A stretch of DNA of 64,000 bases from an uncultured Nitrospiraceae bacterium (GCA_964611625.1 CAZTAM010000008.1:45387-109386); one strand, 5' to 3'; positions 26,436-36,567 are shown, counted from the first letter of the stretch. Notes: generated by a model not told the origin, from the letters alone. Translations and numbers: made by a program.

Positions 26436-28430
26436 CTAAAACAGGGGATCTATCAGGACCGGGACAGGTGCATCCCTGTGGTTGGTTGTTCCATCCCCAA
26501 GCTGTCCCTTATTATTATATCCCCATGTCCATATTGTACCATCTCGTTTCAATACGACGGAGAAATATCTTCCACTCGTTATGGCAACGACATCATAGAG
26601 GTCAGGGACTTGCGCTGGTGTACTTATTAACGCTTTAGGTTCTCCTGTCCCAAGGAGACCAGAACTATTATTACCGCACATCCAGACAGTGCCATTCCTC
26701 TTGAGTAATATGGTATAACCTTCCCCTCCGTCTACGGCAATCAGATCAGCCACGCCAGTTGTCTTTCCAGGTATCGATTTGTTTATTGATGTACCGTCGC
26801 AGAGTTCACTGGCTTCATTTCTTCCCCATGTCCAGAATGTGCCATCACTCTTTAATGCCATGGAGTGCCAGTAACCTGCTGCTATAGCTGCATCCGGGTC
26901 CGTTAGTTCACTGACCTGCACAGGAACAGGTCCCGGAGAATTGGCATCTCCAGTCGCTGTACCGTTGCCGTGCTGACCATGGCGGTTATGTCCCCACGCC
27001 CAGAGTGTACCATCGCTCTTCAGTGCAAGGATATGTGATCGTTTGGCAGAGATAGCAACGATATCCGTCAGGCCAACAACCTGATCAGGTACAAATCGGT
27101 CATCTGTCGTTCCATCTCCTACGGCTCCATATTCATTTTCTCCCCATGACCAGACCGTACCATCACTCTTCAGGGCAATTCCTGTTGACCAGCCTGTTGC
27201 GATTGCAATAACGTCCGTTAACCCGATGACCTGTCCGGGTACTTCCCTTTTTACATTAGACCCGTCACCAAGCTGACCTTCATTGTTTAACCCCCATGTC
27301 CAGACCGTTCCGTCACTCTTCAGGGCCATGGTCATGGTGCGGTCTGCTGCAACAGCGATGACATCTGTCAGACCGCTCACCTGTACAGGTGCAGTACTGT
27401 TTATCAGAGTCCCATCCCCGAGCTGGCCCCAGGTATTTAACCCCCATGTCCATACTGTGCCGTCATTCTTCAACGCAGCTACGTGCTCTGATCCTGCTGA
27501 AATATATACTCTACCTGTTGTTGCCTCTGTCTCAAGTGATTGAACACTCTCTCCATATCTATTAACTGCAGTAGCAATATAATAATATGTTGTACCGGGG
27601 ATCAAGTCCTTATGAGTGTATGGATTCTTCACATTGGAAATCTTGTTGCCTGATGCCTTGCTGACACCCGGTTTTTTTGACCAATATATGTTATAAGAGG
27701 TAGCCCCCTCTACCGGGGTCCACCTGATTGTTATTTTAGAATTAGTCAGCCTGGGACTTTCCGGGAAGGCCATAACACCTCTGGGTTTACTTGCTACAGG
27801 AATATCGTCTTCAGGTATGCTGCTGTCATCAGACGTGCTGTCTGAAGGTATACTGTCTACAGGTGTGATATCTACAGGTATGCTGTCTGAAGGCATACTG
27901 CTGTCAAAAGGGATGATGTCTTCAGGCATCCCATCTGCAGGTGCCCTGTCTCTGCTCATAATACTGAGTCTGCTAAAATGACTAACCTCAGAGCTGACAA
28001 TATTGTTTTGTGCATCAACAACGGAGGAGGCAATCTGCTCCCACTCAGAATTTACGACAATTGCCAGACAAAGATCCGATTCATCAAGACCTGCAGGAAT
28101 TGCGGAATCTTCATAGGATATAGTAATAGTGACAGGTTTAAGGAAATTAACACCGGCAGGCAGGAATTCATAGGCAGGCCCGATATTGCCCGCTGGTACA
28201 TCAGAAGAAGGTTTTACAGTAATTGCGGTTTCCTCCGCAAGTGCACCGGCCGGAATATTAACGGAGGCCTTACCATCGCTGCTTTGGACTGTTCCGCCAT
28301 CAGGACCTGTAAAAGTAAATCCTTTATTATCTGCGCTTTCTGTACTGCCGCAGCCTGACAAAAGGGCTATAGTGCCCGATAACATCAGAATGAGCAACAC
28401 CTGTACTATATTGTAGGCTTTATTAAACAT
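26436..28430 (-). CDS. Lipoprotein with a ZU5-like domain, acidic D/S/P linker, FN3 domain and an RCC1-repeat beta-propeller
   Basis: Lipobox LLSGC. ZU5-like GGTVQSSDGKASVNIPAGAL...YEFLPAGVNFLKPVTITISY...SHFS. FN3 (ITIRWTPVEGATSYNIYW..YYYIATAVN). About 7 RCC1 repeats (GTVWTWGLNxxGQLGDG). Confidence 0.85.
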   Translation of the reverse strand: MFNKAYNIVQVLLILMLSGTIALLSGCGSTESADNKGFTFTGPDGGTVQSSDGKASVNIPAGALAEETAITVKPSSDVPAGNIGPAYEFLPAGVNFLKPVTITISYEDSAIPAGLDESDLCLAIVVNSEWEQIASSVVDAQNNIVSSEVSHFSRLSIMSRDRAPADGMPEDIIPFDSSMPSDSIPVDITPVDSIPSDSTSDDSSIPEDDIPVASKPRGVMAFPESPRLTNSKITIRWTPVEGATSYNIYWSKKPGVSKASGNKISNVKNPYTHKDLIPGTTYYYIATAVNRYGESVQSLETEATTGRVYISAGSEHVAALKNDGTVWTWGLNTWGQLGDGTLINSTAPVQVSGLTDVIAVAADRTMTMALKSDGTVWTWGLNNEGQLGDGSNVKREVPGQVIGLTDVIAIATGWSTGIALKSDGTVWSWGENEYGAVGDGTTDDRFVPDQVVGLTDIVAISAKRSHILALKSDGTLWAWGHNRHGQHGNGTATGDANSPGPVPVQVSELTDPDAAIAAGYWHSMALKSDGTFWTWGRNEASELCDGTSINKSIPGKTTGVADLIAVDGGEGYTILLKRNGTVWMCGNNSSGLLGTGEPKALISTPAQVPDLYDVVAITSGRYFSVVLKRDGTIWTWGYNNKGQLGDGTTNHRDAPVPVLIDPLF
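27957..28319 (-). other. ZU5-like module of the lipoprotein, ending in S-H-F-S (H151-F152-S153 = 27972-27980)
   Basis: Pattern resemblance to ankyrin/UNC5/PIDD ZU5: GGxL..G..L.IPxGA....P.G..F..PV.i.i......L.l......W......HFS. Confidence 0.45.
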
Positions 28431-28460
28431 TTTATAACTTCGAACTCCTAAAGATTAGTT

Positions 28461-28489
28461 ATATTAATCAATATCAATAATCCAGTCAA
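28461..28489 (-). promoter_or_regulatory. Candidate sigma70 promoter for the RCC1 lipoprotein gene (TTGACT-17 nt-TAATAT on minus strand)
   Basis: -35 at 28484-28489 and -10 at 28461-28466, about 30 nt upstream of ATG 28430. Confidence 0.35.
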
Positions 28490-28497
28490 CATTAATT

Positions 28498-28516
28498 GTG
28501 CATAATTATTATGCAC
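28498..28516. promoter_or_regulatory. Perfect 19-bp palindrome GTGCATAAT-T-ATTATGCAC
   Basis: Read directly. It lies 8 bp upstream of the candidate -35. Confidence 0.4.
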
Positions 28517-28563
28517 ATTCCAGACCAATTCAGGTAAAAATATTGACGATGTGAAAAAACTTA

Positions 28564-30705
28564 TCACCTTCCCATGATTCTTTTTACCTGCAATACACCG
28601 CTCAACTGTTCTATTTTCTGTATAACTTTCTCAAGATGCGATAGGTTTTTTATATCTATGACAAAATTGAGGACAGCCTTCTTATCTTCTGTTGTGGAAA
28701 TATCGGCGTGGCTTATATTTGCCTCTGACGATGTTATCGAGGTTGATACACTTGCAAGCAGGCCTGGACGGTCAATCGTATACACTGAAATACGAACAGG
28801 GTATGATGCAGTTCCTTCAACATCCCATTCTACCGTAATAAGACGATCTTTATCGAAGTCCAGCTCATCCAGATTGGGACAGGTAACAGAATGAATTGAT
28901 AATCCCCTCCCGCGGGTAATGTAGCCTATTATCTTATCTCCCGGCACGGGACTGCAGCACTTAGAGAAATGAAGGAGTATATCATCTATCCCCTTTACCT
29001 TTACACCGCTATCCAATCGTTTTGGCCTTGCAGCATCAGGCCTTTCCTGGACTTCTTCCTTTCCCTCCCTATCAGGATATACCTTTCGTATTACCTGTTT
29101 AACTGACAGTTTGCCATAGCCTATCAGTACGTAAAGGTCGTCAATGTTTTTCGTATTATGTTCCTTTAACAGATCATTTGTCTGCTCTAACTTCGAAAAA
29201 CTGTTAAGACTTGTACCCATTCGATGCAGTTCCTTCTCGAGAAGTTTGTGCCCGATATCGAGACTGCGTTTGTGCTCCTCCATCTTTATAATATGTTTGA
29301 TCTTATTCCTTGCCTTCGGGGTCTTTACAAATTTAAGCCAGTCCTTGCTTGGAACGTGATTGGGATTAGTTATGATCTCGACGGTATCGCCGCTTTTCAG
29401 ATTATACCTGAGAGGTACCATCTTGCCATTCACCTTAGCCCCTACACAGCGATTACCAACCTCAGTATGAATTGCAAATGCCAGGTCTACAGGGGTAGCC
29501 CCGCGTATAAGTTCCTTAACATCACCTTTTGGTGTAAAAACATAGATAACATCAGGGAACAGGTCTACCTTCACAGAGTCCATAAACTGTTTACTGTCTG
29601 ACAAATCCTGCTGCCACTCCATCATCTGTCTCAGCCAGTTGTATATGTGGTGATCTTTGGTATCTATCTGACCGCGCTCCTTATACTTCCAGTGAGCCGC
29701 AATACCTTCTTCAGCCAGTTTATGCATCTCTTCCGTCCTTATCTGGAATTCTACCCGCTGCCCCTTCGGACCTATTACAGTTGTGTGAAGAGACTGATAC
29801 ATATTGAATTTTGGAACTCCGATAAAATCTTTAAATCTCCCTGGAACGGGGATCCACATGGAATGGATCATGCCAAGTATGGCATAACAATTAACCTTAG
29901 TATCAGTTATGATGCGGATACCTGATAGGTCGTAAATCTCCTCAAATGCTATACCCTGATTCTCCATTTTCATATAGATACTGTAAAAGTGCTTGGTACG
30001 CCCATATACAGCTGCATCCAGTCCATAGACTTTAAGATTCCTGTTGACTACTGCAATAACATCTTCTATATATTTATCTCTTTCCGACTTGTTCGACGCC
30101 ACTTTTCTTGAAATCTCTGCATATTCTTCCGGTTTCAGATAGCGGAGCGACAGGTCTTCAAGCTCCACCTTCATCCACCCTATACCAAGACGGTTTGCTA
30201 TAGGTGCATAAATCTCCAGGGTCTCCTGAGCAATCCTCTTCTGTTTGTCCGGTGAAAGTGGATCAAGCGTTCTCATATTGTGAAGGCGATCTGCAAGCTT
30301 GATGAGGATAACCCTTATGTCTTTCCCCATGGACATGACCATCTTCCTGAAATTCTCTGCCTGCTTCTCCTCCCTTGACATGAACTCGACCCTGCTTATC
30401 TTTGTCAGGCCTTCGACAATGCCTGCAATATCGCTGCCGAATTCTGCAGTTATGTCATCAAAGGTAACCAGACTGTCTTCTATAGTGTCATGAAGAAGGC
30501 CTACGGCAATGGACGATGTGTCCATCTTCATCTTTACAATGATATGCGCTACTTCAAACGGGTGTTTAAGGAAAGGATCTCCTGATTTGCGGACTTGCCC
30601 CTCATGGGCCTTTGCAGCGAACGCGTAGGCACGCCTAAGCAATCCTGCGTCTGCCTGGGGATTATACTCGAGTACATGCTGTATCAGTTTTTCGGCATTT
30701 GGCAT
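28564..30705 (-). CDS. rel: Bifunctional (p)ppGpp synthetase/hydrolase (RelA/SpoT homolog: HD, synthetase, TGS, ACT)
   Basis: The HD hydrolase motif (LLHDTIEDS), synthetase core (DLSGIRIIT, YQSLHTTV), TGS (FTPKGDV) and a C-terminal ACT domain are all present. Confidence 0.92.
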   Translation of the reverse strand: MPNAEKLIQHVLEYNPQADAGLLRRAYAFAAKAHEGQVRKSGDPFLKHPFEVAHIIVKMKMDTSSIAVGLLHDTIEDSLVTFDDITAEFGSDIAGIVEGLTKISRVEFMSREEKQAENFRKMVMSMGKDIRVILIKLADRLHNMRTLDPLSPDKQKRIAQETLEIYAPIANRLGIGWMKVELEDLSLRYLKPEEYAEISRKVASNKSERDKYIEDVIAVVNRNLKVYGLDAAVYGRTKHFYSIYMKMENQGIAFEEIYDLSGIRIITDTKVNCYAILGMIHSMWIPVPGRFKDFIGVPKFNMYQSLHTTVIGPKGQRVEFQIRTEEMHKLAEEGIAAHWKYKERGQIDTKDHHIYNWLRQMMEWQQDLSDSKQFMDSVKVDLFPDVIYVFTPKGDVKELIRGATPVDLAFAIHTEVGNRCVGAKVNGKMVPLRYNLKSGDTVEIITNPNHVPSKDWLKFVKTPKARNKIKHIIKMEEHKRSLDIGHKLLEKELHRMGTSLNSFSKLEQTNDLLKEHNTKNIDDLYVLIGYGKLSVKQVIRKVYPDREGKEEVQERPDAARPKRLDSGVKVKGIDDILLHFSKCCSPVPGDKIIGYITRGRGLSIHSVTCPNLDELDFDKDRLITVEWDVEGTASYPVRISVYTIDRPGLLASVSTSITSSEANISHADISTTEDKKAVLNFVIDIKNLSHLEKVIQKIEQLSGVLQVKRIMGR

Positions 30706-32456
30706 TATAACATCTGCTTTTCACTGTCCCTCATATCCTTGAGCTTCAACTGTATCCGGTAAGTTCCCTGCCATAAGTTAAGCTCCGGTGTATAAGCGAC
30801 ATCAATATCTGTGTCACTCTTTATGATATTATTATACGCCGACGCCATATTAAATCCAATACCGTCCAGGAAAGTCCTCCCCCTTCTAAGCTTAACCTTT
30901 AAGTGGTCTTTACCTACTGTCCTCGCTTCAGTAACCCTGAGCCCTCTGGATACAATTACAGGTTCAGGATTAGAAACACCATAGGGAGGCAGCAATGCCA
31001 TCTCTTTTAACAGCGGAAAGTTTATATCTTCAGGGGCAAATTCTGCATCGATTACAAGCCTTGGAGTAAATTCTTCTTTTGTTACCCTCTCTGCAACAAT
31101 TCCTGACAATCTTTCCCGCAGTAACGGTACATTACTTTCCATAATAGTCAATCCCGCAGCATACTTGTGACCTCCAAATTTTTCAAGAAGATCACTGCAT
31201 GCTTCAAGTCCCTCATACAAGTTGAAACCAGGAATACTCCTCGCTGATCCCCTGCCCATGCCATCTTCCTGCAGAGAAATCATGACACAGGGCCGGTAGA
31301 ACTCATCCACAATTTTTGATGCTACAATCCCAACTACACCCTGATGCCAGTCACGTGAAGCCATAACAAAGACATTTTCCTTCACTGCATCCGTCTCTTT
31401 TAATATCCTATCTCTGGCCTCGTTCCTGATATTAGCTTCAACTTTCTGCCTTTCCTGATTGAGGCCATCAAGATATATTGCAATCCCTTTTGCCTCCTCC
31501 CGATTGTCTGTAGTAAGCAGCTTTACTGCATCATCCGCCGTGGAAAGCCGCCCGGATGCATTAATACGCGGGGCAAGCATAAAGCTTACAGTACCGGCAC
31601 TTACATCATTTCCTTTTATACCGGCCACCTCCTTAAGGGCTGCAACACCAGGCCTTTTTTCTGCAGACAGCAACTTCAAACCTTCTTTTACGAAATACCT
31701 GTTCTCCCCTGTAAGAGGAGCAACATCGGCAATAACTCCGAGGGCAACAAGGTCAAGGTAAGAAGAAATGTCGTCTATAGTGTTTATTGAGGAATTCATC
31801 TTGCGGAACTTTGAATCAGAACTCAAAGCCGCAGTCAGGGCCTGTATGAGCTTGAATGCGACTCCAACACCGGGAAGCCCTTTAAATGGATATGTGGAAT
31901 CATGCCTGTTTGGATTAATAAGTGCAAATGCCTCCGGAAGTTCCAGCGGACATTCATGATGATCAGTAACAATAACATCAATTCCAATGTCCATGGCTGA
32001 TTTTATGGGAACTACTGATGCGGTTCCACAATCAGCCGTCAGGATAACATCAATACCATTCGAACGCGCTATATGAACAACATTTTCATTCAGACCATAG
32101 CCATCCCTGATCCTGTCAGGTATATACAGCCTTGCATCAACTCCAAGTTTTCTGAAAAATTCAAGATATAATGCGCTTGCTGTAACCCCGTCCACATCAT
32201 AGTCACCCGATACCAGAATGCGGCCTTTTTGCTTTATGGTCTGCAACAGGCGCCCTACTGACTTCTCCATGTCATTTAACATGAACGGATCTATAAGATT
32301 CTTATATGATACATTAAGAAATTCACCGGCCGAGGTCAGGTCTCTGATACCTCTGTTGATGAGTATCCTTGACACAAGAGAAGATATATTGAGGTCATTA
32401 CTTAATTGGTCTTCAAGGGCAGCGTCCCCCGCTCCTATAATCCAGCGTTTTTTCAC
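30705..32456 (-). CDS. recJ: Single-stranded-DNA-specific exonuclease RecJ
   Basis: DHH-family motifs (SGDYDVDG, VIVTDHHE) and DHHA1 (GGHKYAAG). GTG start. Its stop overlaps the rel start by 1 nt. Confidence 0.9.
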   Translation of the reverse strand: MKKRWIIGAGDAALEDQLSNDLNISSLVSRILINRGIRDLTSAGEFLNVSYKNLIDPFMLNDMEKSVGRLLQTIKQKGRILVSGDYDVDGVTASALYLEFFRKLGVDARLYIPDRIRDGYGLNENVVHIARSNGIDVILTADCGTASVVPIKSAMDIGIDVIVTDHHECPLELPEAFALINPNRHDSTYPFKGLPGVGVAFKLIQALTAALSSDSKFRKMNSSINTIDDISSYLDLVALGVIADVAPLTGENRYFVKEGLKLLSAEKRPGVAALKEVAGIKGNDVSAGTVSFMLAPRINASGRLSTADDAVKLLTTDNREEAKGIAIYLDGLNQERQKVEANIRNEARDRILKETDAVKENVFVMASRDWHQGVVGIVASKIVDEFYRPCVMISLQEDGMGRGSARSIPGFNLYEGLEACSDLLEKFGGHKYAAGLTIMESNVPLLRERLSGIVAERVTKEEFTPRLVIDAEFAPEDINFPLLKEMALLPPYGVSNPEPVIVSRGLRVTEARTVGKDHLKVKLRRGRTFLDGIGFNMASAYNNIIKSDTDIDVAYTPELNLWQGTYRIQLKLKDMRDSEKQML

Positions 32457-32572
32457 TTAAAAATACCCTTTCAAATCCCGCTTATCTTCCTTTATAAAGG
32501 TGGTAACTAATACCATCTTAGAAAAAGGGGTATCAAGGGGATTTTCACTATCCGGTGAAGACGTACTGAGAA

Positions 32573-33490
32573 CTACCTCTTCAGGGCTCCACCCTTTCCT
32601 TTCCATAGGATAAGAAGGGGACTTGCAACGAAGATCGACGAATAGGTGCCTATTAGAACTCCCATTAGAAGGGCGAATGAGAAGTCATGAATTACCTCCC
32701 CTCCAAAGAAAAACAGGGCCACTAAAACCAGGAGTGTAGTCAAAGATACAATAACTGTACGGCCCAGGACATGGTTTATCCCGTTGTTAATAATCATTTC
32801 AATCGGTTCCCTTCGCCTTACGCGGAGATATTCCCTGATTCTGTCAAACACAACCACAGTATCTGTAAGAGAATATCCCGCAAGAGTAAGAAGGGCTGTG
32901 ATAACAAGGAGATTTATCTCTTTATCGAGCAAATAGAATAAACCCACGACAACAATGACATCATGAAAAGTTGCTATAGCAGCAGCAATACCAAACCTGA
33001 ATTCAAACCTCAATGCAATATAGATGATAATACCTATAAAGGACAATATCACTGCAGTAATAGCGTCCTTCTGAAGTTTTTTACCTACAGTAGGACCTAT
33101 CTCCGTTGAACTGTCAACAATAAATGTATTTTCCGGAATTTCCTGTTTAAAGATTGATATGATACGATCTGAAACAGGTTCAGTAGTTGTAACAAGTTTT
33201 TTTAGTCTTATAAGGATCTTATTATCCTCTGGAAATTCCTGGAGTTCAGCATCTTCCAAACCATTTCTCGAAAGGACAGCCCTTGCTGCATCAATCCTTA
33301 AAGGCTTTTCAAATTTTAACTGAACTGCTGTTCCGCCTCCAAAATCGATACCCAGATTGCCATGACCCAGCACGATTTGTAAAATAGCAAAGAACCCAAT
33401 AAGAGTAATTATACCGGAAACAACAAAGGCGTACTTTCTAAATCCCATAAAGTCAATATTCGTATAACCAACAATTTCCGTAAATTTCAT
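32573..33490 (-). CDS. secF: Protein-export membrane protein SecF
   Basis: 305 aa with 6 TM segments. Motifs GIDFGGGT and FHDVIVVVG. Confidence 0.9.
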   Translation of the reverse strand: MKFTEIVGYTNIDFMGFRKYAFVVSGIITLIGFFAILQIVLGHGNLGIDFGGGTAVQLKFEKPLRIDAARAVLSRNGLEDAELQEFPEDNKILIRLKKLVTTTEPVSDRIISIFKQEIPENTFIVDSSTEIGPTVGKKLQKDAITAVILSFIGIIIYIALRFEFRFGIAAAIATFHDVIVVVGLFYLLDKEINLLVITALLTLAGYSLTDTVVVFDRIREYLRVRRREPIEMIINNGINHVLGRTVIVSLTTLLVLVALFFFGGEVIHDFSFALLMGVLIGTYSSIFVASPLLILWKGKGGALKR

Positions 33491-33514
33491 AAAGCCCCCT
33501 TAAACAATTCCTCT

Positions 33515-35116
33515 CTAAATACTCAACCTCTCCAGTCTTTTTCTGCTATTTATAAAATCATAAACAACCTTTGTACCGACTAATGCCGTAAAGAGATTTA
33601 TCAGGATTCCAAGGCTTAGTGTAACGGCAAACCCTTTTATGGGGCCGGTCCCAAACAGGAATAGAATGACGGCTGTGATAAGGGTAGTAACATGTGCATC
33701 CACAATAGTAATAAATGCCTTGTCATAACCGGAATCTATGGCAGACCGTACTGGTTTTCCCAGCCTCAATTCCTCTCTTATACGCTCTAAGATCAGCACG
33801 TTTGAATCCACTCCCATTCCAATCGTAAGAATTATACCTGCTATGCCTGGCAGTGTAAGTGTTGCGTCAAGCACTGCCAGCGCTCCAACAAGTATAACCA
33901 GATTCAAAAGCATCGCAAAATCGGCTATAAGTCCTGATAATTTGTAGTAAAACATCATGAACAGTATAACAAGAATTCCTGCTATAATCGTAGCCTTAAC
34001 CCCCTTCTCTATAGAATCCCTTCCAAGCGATGGTCCTACAGTCAGGTTCTGAATTATTTCAACAGGGGCAGGCAGCGCACCGGCACGTAACACTATAGCA
34101 AGGTCCTGGGCCTCTTCCATGGAAAACTTTCCGCTTATCTGCGCCTTACCTCCACCTATTCTCTCCTGTATGACCGGCGCTGAATAGACGTTGCCATCGA
34201 GAACAATAGCAAGCCTTTTCTTTACGTTCTCTCCTGTTATCCTTTCAAATAACCTTGCACCAATGCTGTTAAAGGTTATGGACACATAAGGTTCATTAAA
34301 CTCAGGGTCAATGTTTACCTGGGCATCTGATATGGCATCTCCTGTCATAAGCGACTTGCTCTTTACCAGATACGGTATAGTCTGCTTTACCTGTTTGGTT
34401 ACAGGATCGTCCTCTTTACCGTAGAGTATCTCATCCCCCTCAGGTACCTGGCCTGAAAGTGCACCTTGTATATCAGCGCCATCATCAACTATCTTAAACT
34501 CCAGCAGGGCTGTTTTCCCTATCAGATCTATTGCACGTTTTGGATCTTTGATTCCGGCAAGCTGAACCAGTATCTCATTTTCCCCCTGACGCTGAATAAG
34601 AGGTTCCCGCACCCCGAACTGGTCAATCCTGTTTCTGATAGTCTCAAGTGCCTGAGCCACTGCAGAATCCTTAATCCTATTTATCTCAGATGAAGCCAGA
34701 AAATAGGTTATCTCTCCCGGTTGATCCTTCTCAACCGAAAAGACCGGGTAGTATTTTTTAATTTCAGTCGTTATATCCTTACTCCTGGTGGTATCCTCGA
34801 ATTTGACCACAAGACTTGATATGGTTTCACCACGGCTGGATGAAACATTATTAATCTCTTTTTGAGAAAGGAGATTAACTATATCATCTGCAGCACGCTG
34901 AACATAATTTTCAACTGCCTTATCACCATTAACATCAAGTACAAGATGTATTCCGCCCTGAAGGTCCAATCCCAGTGTAATAGCCTTTGTTGGAAATACT
35001 TTTTTCCAGAATGCAGGAAAACCGTCAAAAAATGGAAGAGACGGAAGAAAAAACAGTATCGCCAGTGCGGTCGCTGCAGCGAGTAATGCTACCCTCCATT
35101 TAAGTGCCTTCTTCAT
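33515..35116 (-). CDS. secD: Protein-export membrane protein SecD
   Basis: 533 aa. Motifs LGLDLQGG and VGPSLG, plus a C-terminal 6-TM bundle. Confidence 0.9.
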   Translation of the reverse strand: MKKALKWRVALLAAATALAILFFLPSLPFFDGFPAFWKKVFPTKAITLGLDLQGGIHLVLDVNGDKAVENYVQRAADDIVNLLSQKEINNVSSSRGETISSLVVKFEDTTRSKDITTEIKKYYPVFSVEKDQPGEITYFLASSEINRIKDSAVAQALETIRNRIDQFGVREPLIQRQGENEILVQLAGIKDPKRAIDLIGKTALLEFKIVDDGADIQGALSGQVPEGDEILYGKEDDPVTKQVKQTIPYLVKSKSLMTGDAISDAQVNIDPEFNEPYVSITFNSIGARLFERITGENVKKRLAIVLDGNVYSAPVIQERIGGGKAQISGKFSMEEAQDLAIVLRAGALPAPVEIIQNLTVGPSLGRDSIEKGVKATIIAGILVILFMMFYYKLSGLIADFAMLLNLVILVGALAVLDATLTLPGIAGIILTIGMGVDSNVLILERIREELRLGKPVRSAIDSGYDKAFITIVDAHVTTLITAVILFLFGTGPIKGFAVTLSLGILINLFTALVGTKVVYDFINSRKRLERLSI

Positions 35117-35439
35117 GCTTCCTTCTCCTCTGTCCTTAACTCAGAAACAGATCCTTTCATCATCCTGATCTTGACGTTTGGTGCTACCATTAAGACAATC
35201 GCATCTTTGTCCACACTGACAATAGTACCAATTATACCGGATGTTGTGACCACTCTGTCACCGCTTTTCAAACCTGATAGCATGGCCTGATGTTTCTTAC
35301 GCTGCTTTTGCTGAGGCATGATAACAAGAAAATAAAATATCGGGAAGATTAGTATAATCGGCAGAAATGACCAGAGTCCACCGAGAGGTGAGCTTGACGA
35401 CTCCCCGGCTGCAAAGGCCAGTGATAATAACATTAACAT
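35113..35439 (-). CDS. yajC: Preprotein translocase subunit YajC
   Basis: 108 aa with a single TM segment. Motifs PQQKQRKKHQ and GDRVVTTSGIIGTIV. Confidence 0.85.
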   Translation of the reverse strand: MLMLLSLAFAAGESSSSPLGGLWSFLPIILIFPIFYFLVIMPQQKQRKKHQAMLSGLKSGDRVVTTSGIIGTIVSVDKDAIVLMVAPNVKIRMMKGSVSELRTEEKEA

Positions 35440-36548
35440 TGTACTTCCTCCTTTCTGAAGTTATAAAATTCAGATCTTAATTGTGACAGCTTACCCTCAG
35501 TGATAGCGTCTCGTATCTTCTGCATAAATCTCCCGAAATAATGCAGGTTATGGATCGTGTTGAGTCTGAGCCCAAGTATTTCTCCTGATATAAAAAGATG
35601 TCTCAGGTATGCGCGAGAGTATTTTCTGCAGGTATAACAGCTGCAGCCCTCTTCCACCGGAGACTCATCATCCTTGAAAATGGCATTCCTGATTATTATG
35701 TGACCACCTTTTGTATAGAGATACCCCCTTCTGCCGTGCCTTGTCGGCACAACGCAATCAAACATATCAATTCCGCGCGCTACCCCCTCCATTATGTCAT
35801 CAGGGTGCCCTACCCCCATCAGGTATCGTGGCTTATCCCATGGCAGAACCGGAGTTACCTGATCCATCACAGTGTACATCATATCCTTTGGCTCTCCAAC
35901 ACTTACTCCTCCTATTGCATATCCGTCAAAATCAGTTTCTATAAGCTCCGCTGCACAATATTCCCTTAGTTCCCGGTAATAACCACCCTGAACCACCGCA
36001 AAAAGCCCTTTATCAGAACTGTTGCACACTTTTCTTGATCTCTTCGCCCATTTAATTGTCAGGTTTGTTGAGTCTTTTGCATATTCATAGGAAGATGGAT
36101 ATGGAATACACTCGTCAAGACATATTATGATATCTGAACCTATTATCTCCTGAATCTCTATAACACCCTCAGGCGTAAATACATGTTCAGAGCCATCAAG
36201 CGGAGACTGGAATATTACACCATCTTTGGTTATCTTTCTCAGCTTTGCAAGACTAAACACCTGATAACCGCCGCTGTCTGTAAGAATAGGACCATTCCAA
36301 CCCATAAAATTATGCAGGCCGCCGAATTTGCCTATTACATCTGTACCAGGTCTCAGGTAGAGATGAAATGTATTCCCGAGGATTATCTGAGCGCCGCTCT
36401 CCCGCACCTCCTCCGGTGTAATTCCCTTAACTGTCCCAGCTGTACCTACAGGCATGAAGGCTGGTGTGTCAATTATTCCATGGGGGGTTGTAACCCTGCC
36501 ACACCTGGCTGACGTCTCTGCATCTTTGGAAATTATCTCAAACTTCAT
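35433..36548 (-). CDS. tgt: tRNA-guanine transglycosylase (queuine tRNA-ribosyltransferase)
   Basis: TPAFMPVGT, TDSGGYQVFSL and the zinc site CSCYTC..H. Confidence 0.95.
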   Translation of the reverse strand: MKFEIISKDAETSARCGRVTTPHGIIDTPAFMPVGTAGTVKGITPEEVRESGAQIILGNTFHLYLRPGTDVIGKFGGLHNFMGWNGPILTDSGGYQVFSLAKLRKITKDGVIFQSPLDGSEHVFTPEGVIEIQEIIGSDIIICLDECIPYPSSYEYAKDSTNLTIKWAKRSRKVCNSSDKGLFAVVQGGYYRELREYCAAELIETDFDGYAIGGVSVGEPKDMMYTVMDQVTPVLPWDKPRYLMGVGHPDDIMEGVARGIDMFDCVVPTRHGRRGYLYTKGGHIIIRNAIFKDDESPVEEGCSCYTCRKYSRAYLRHLFISGEILGLRLNTIHNLHYFGRFMQKIRDAITEGKLSQLRSEFYNFRKEEVQC

Positions 36549-36567
36549 CCTAAAACCCTTTCACTTT

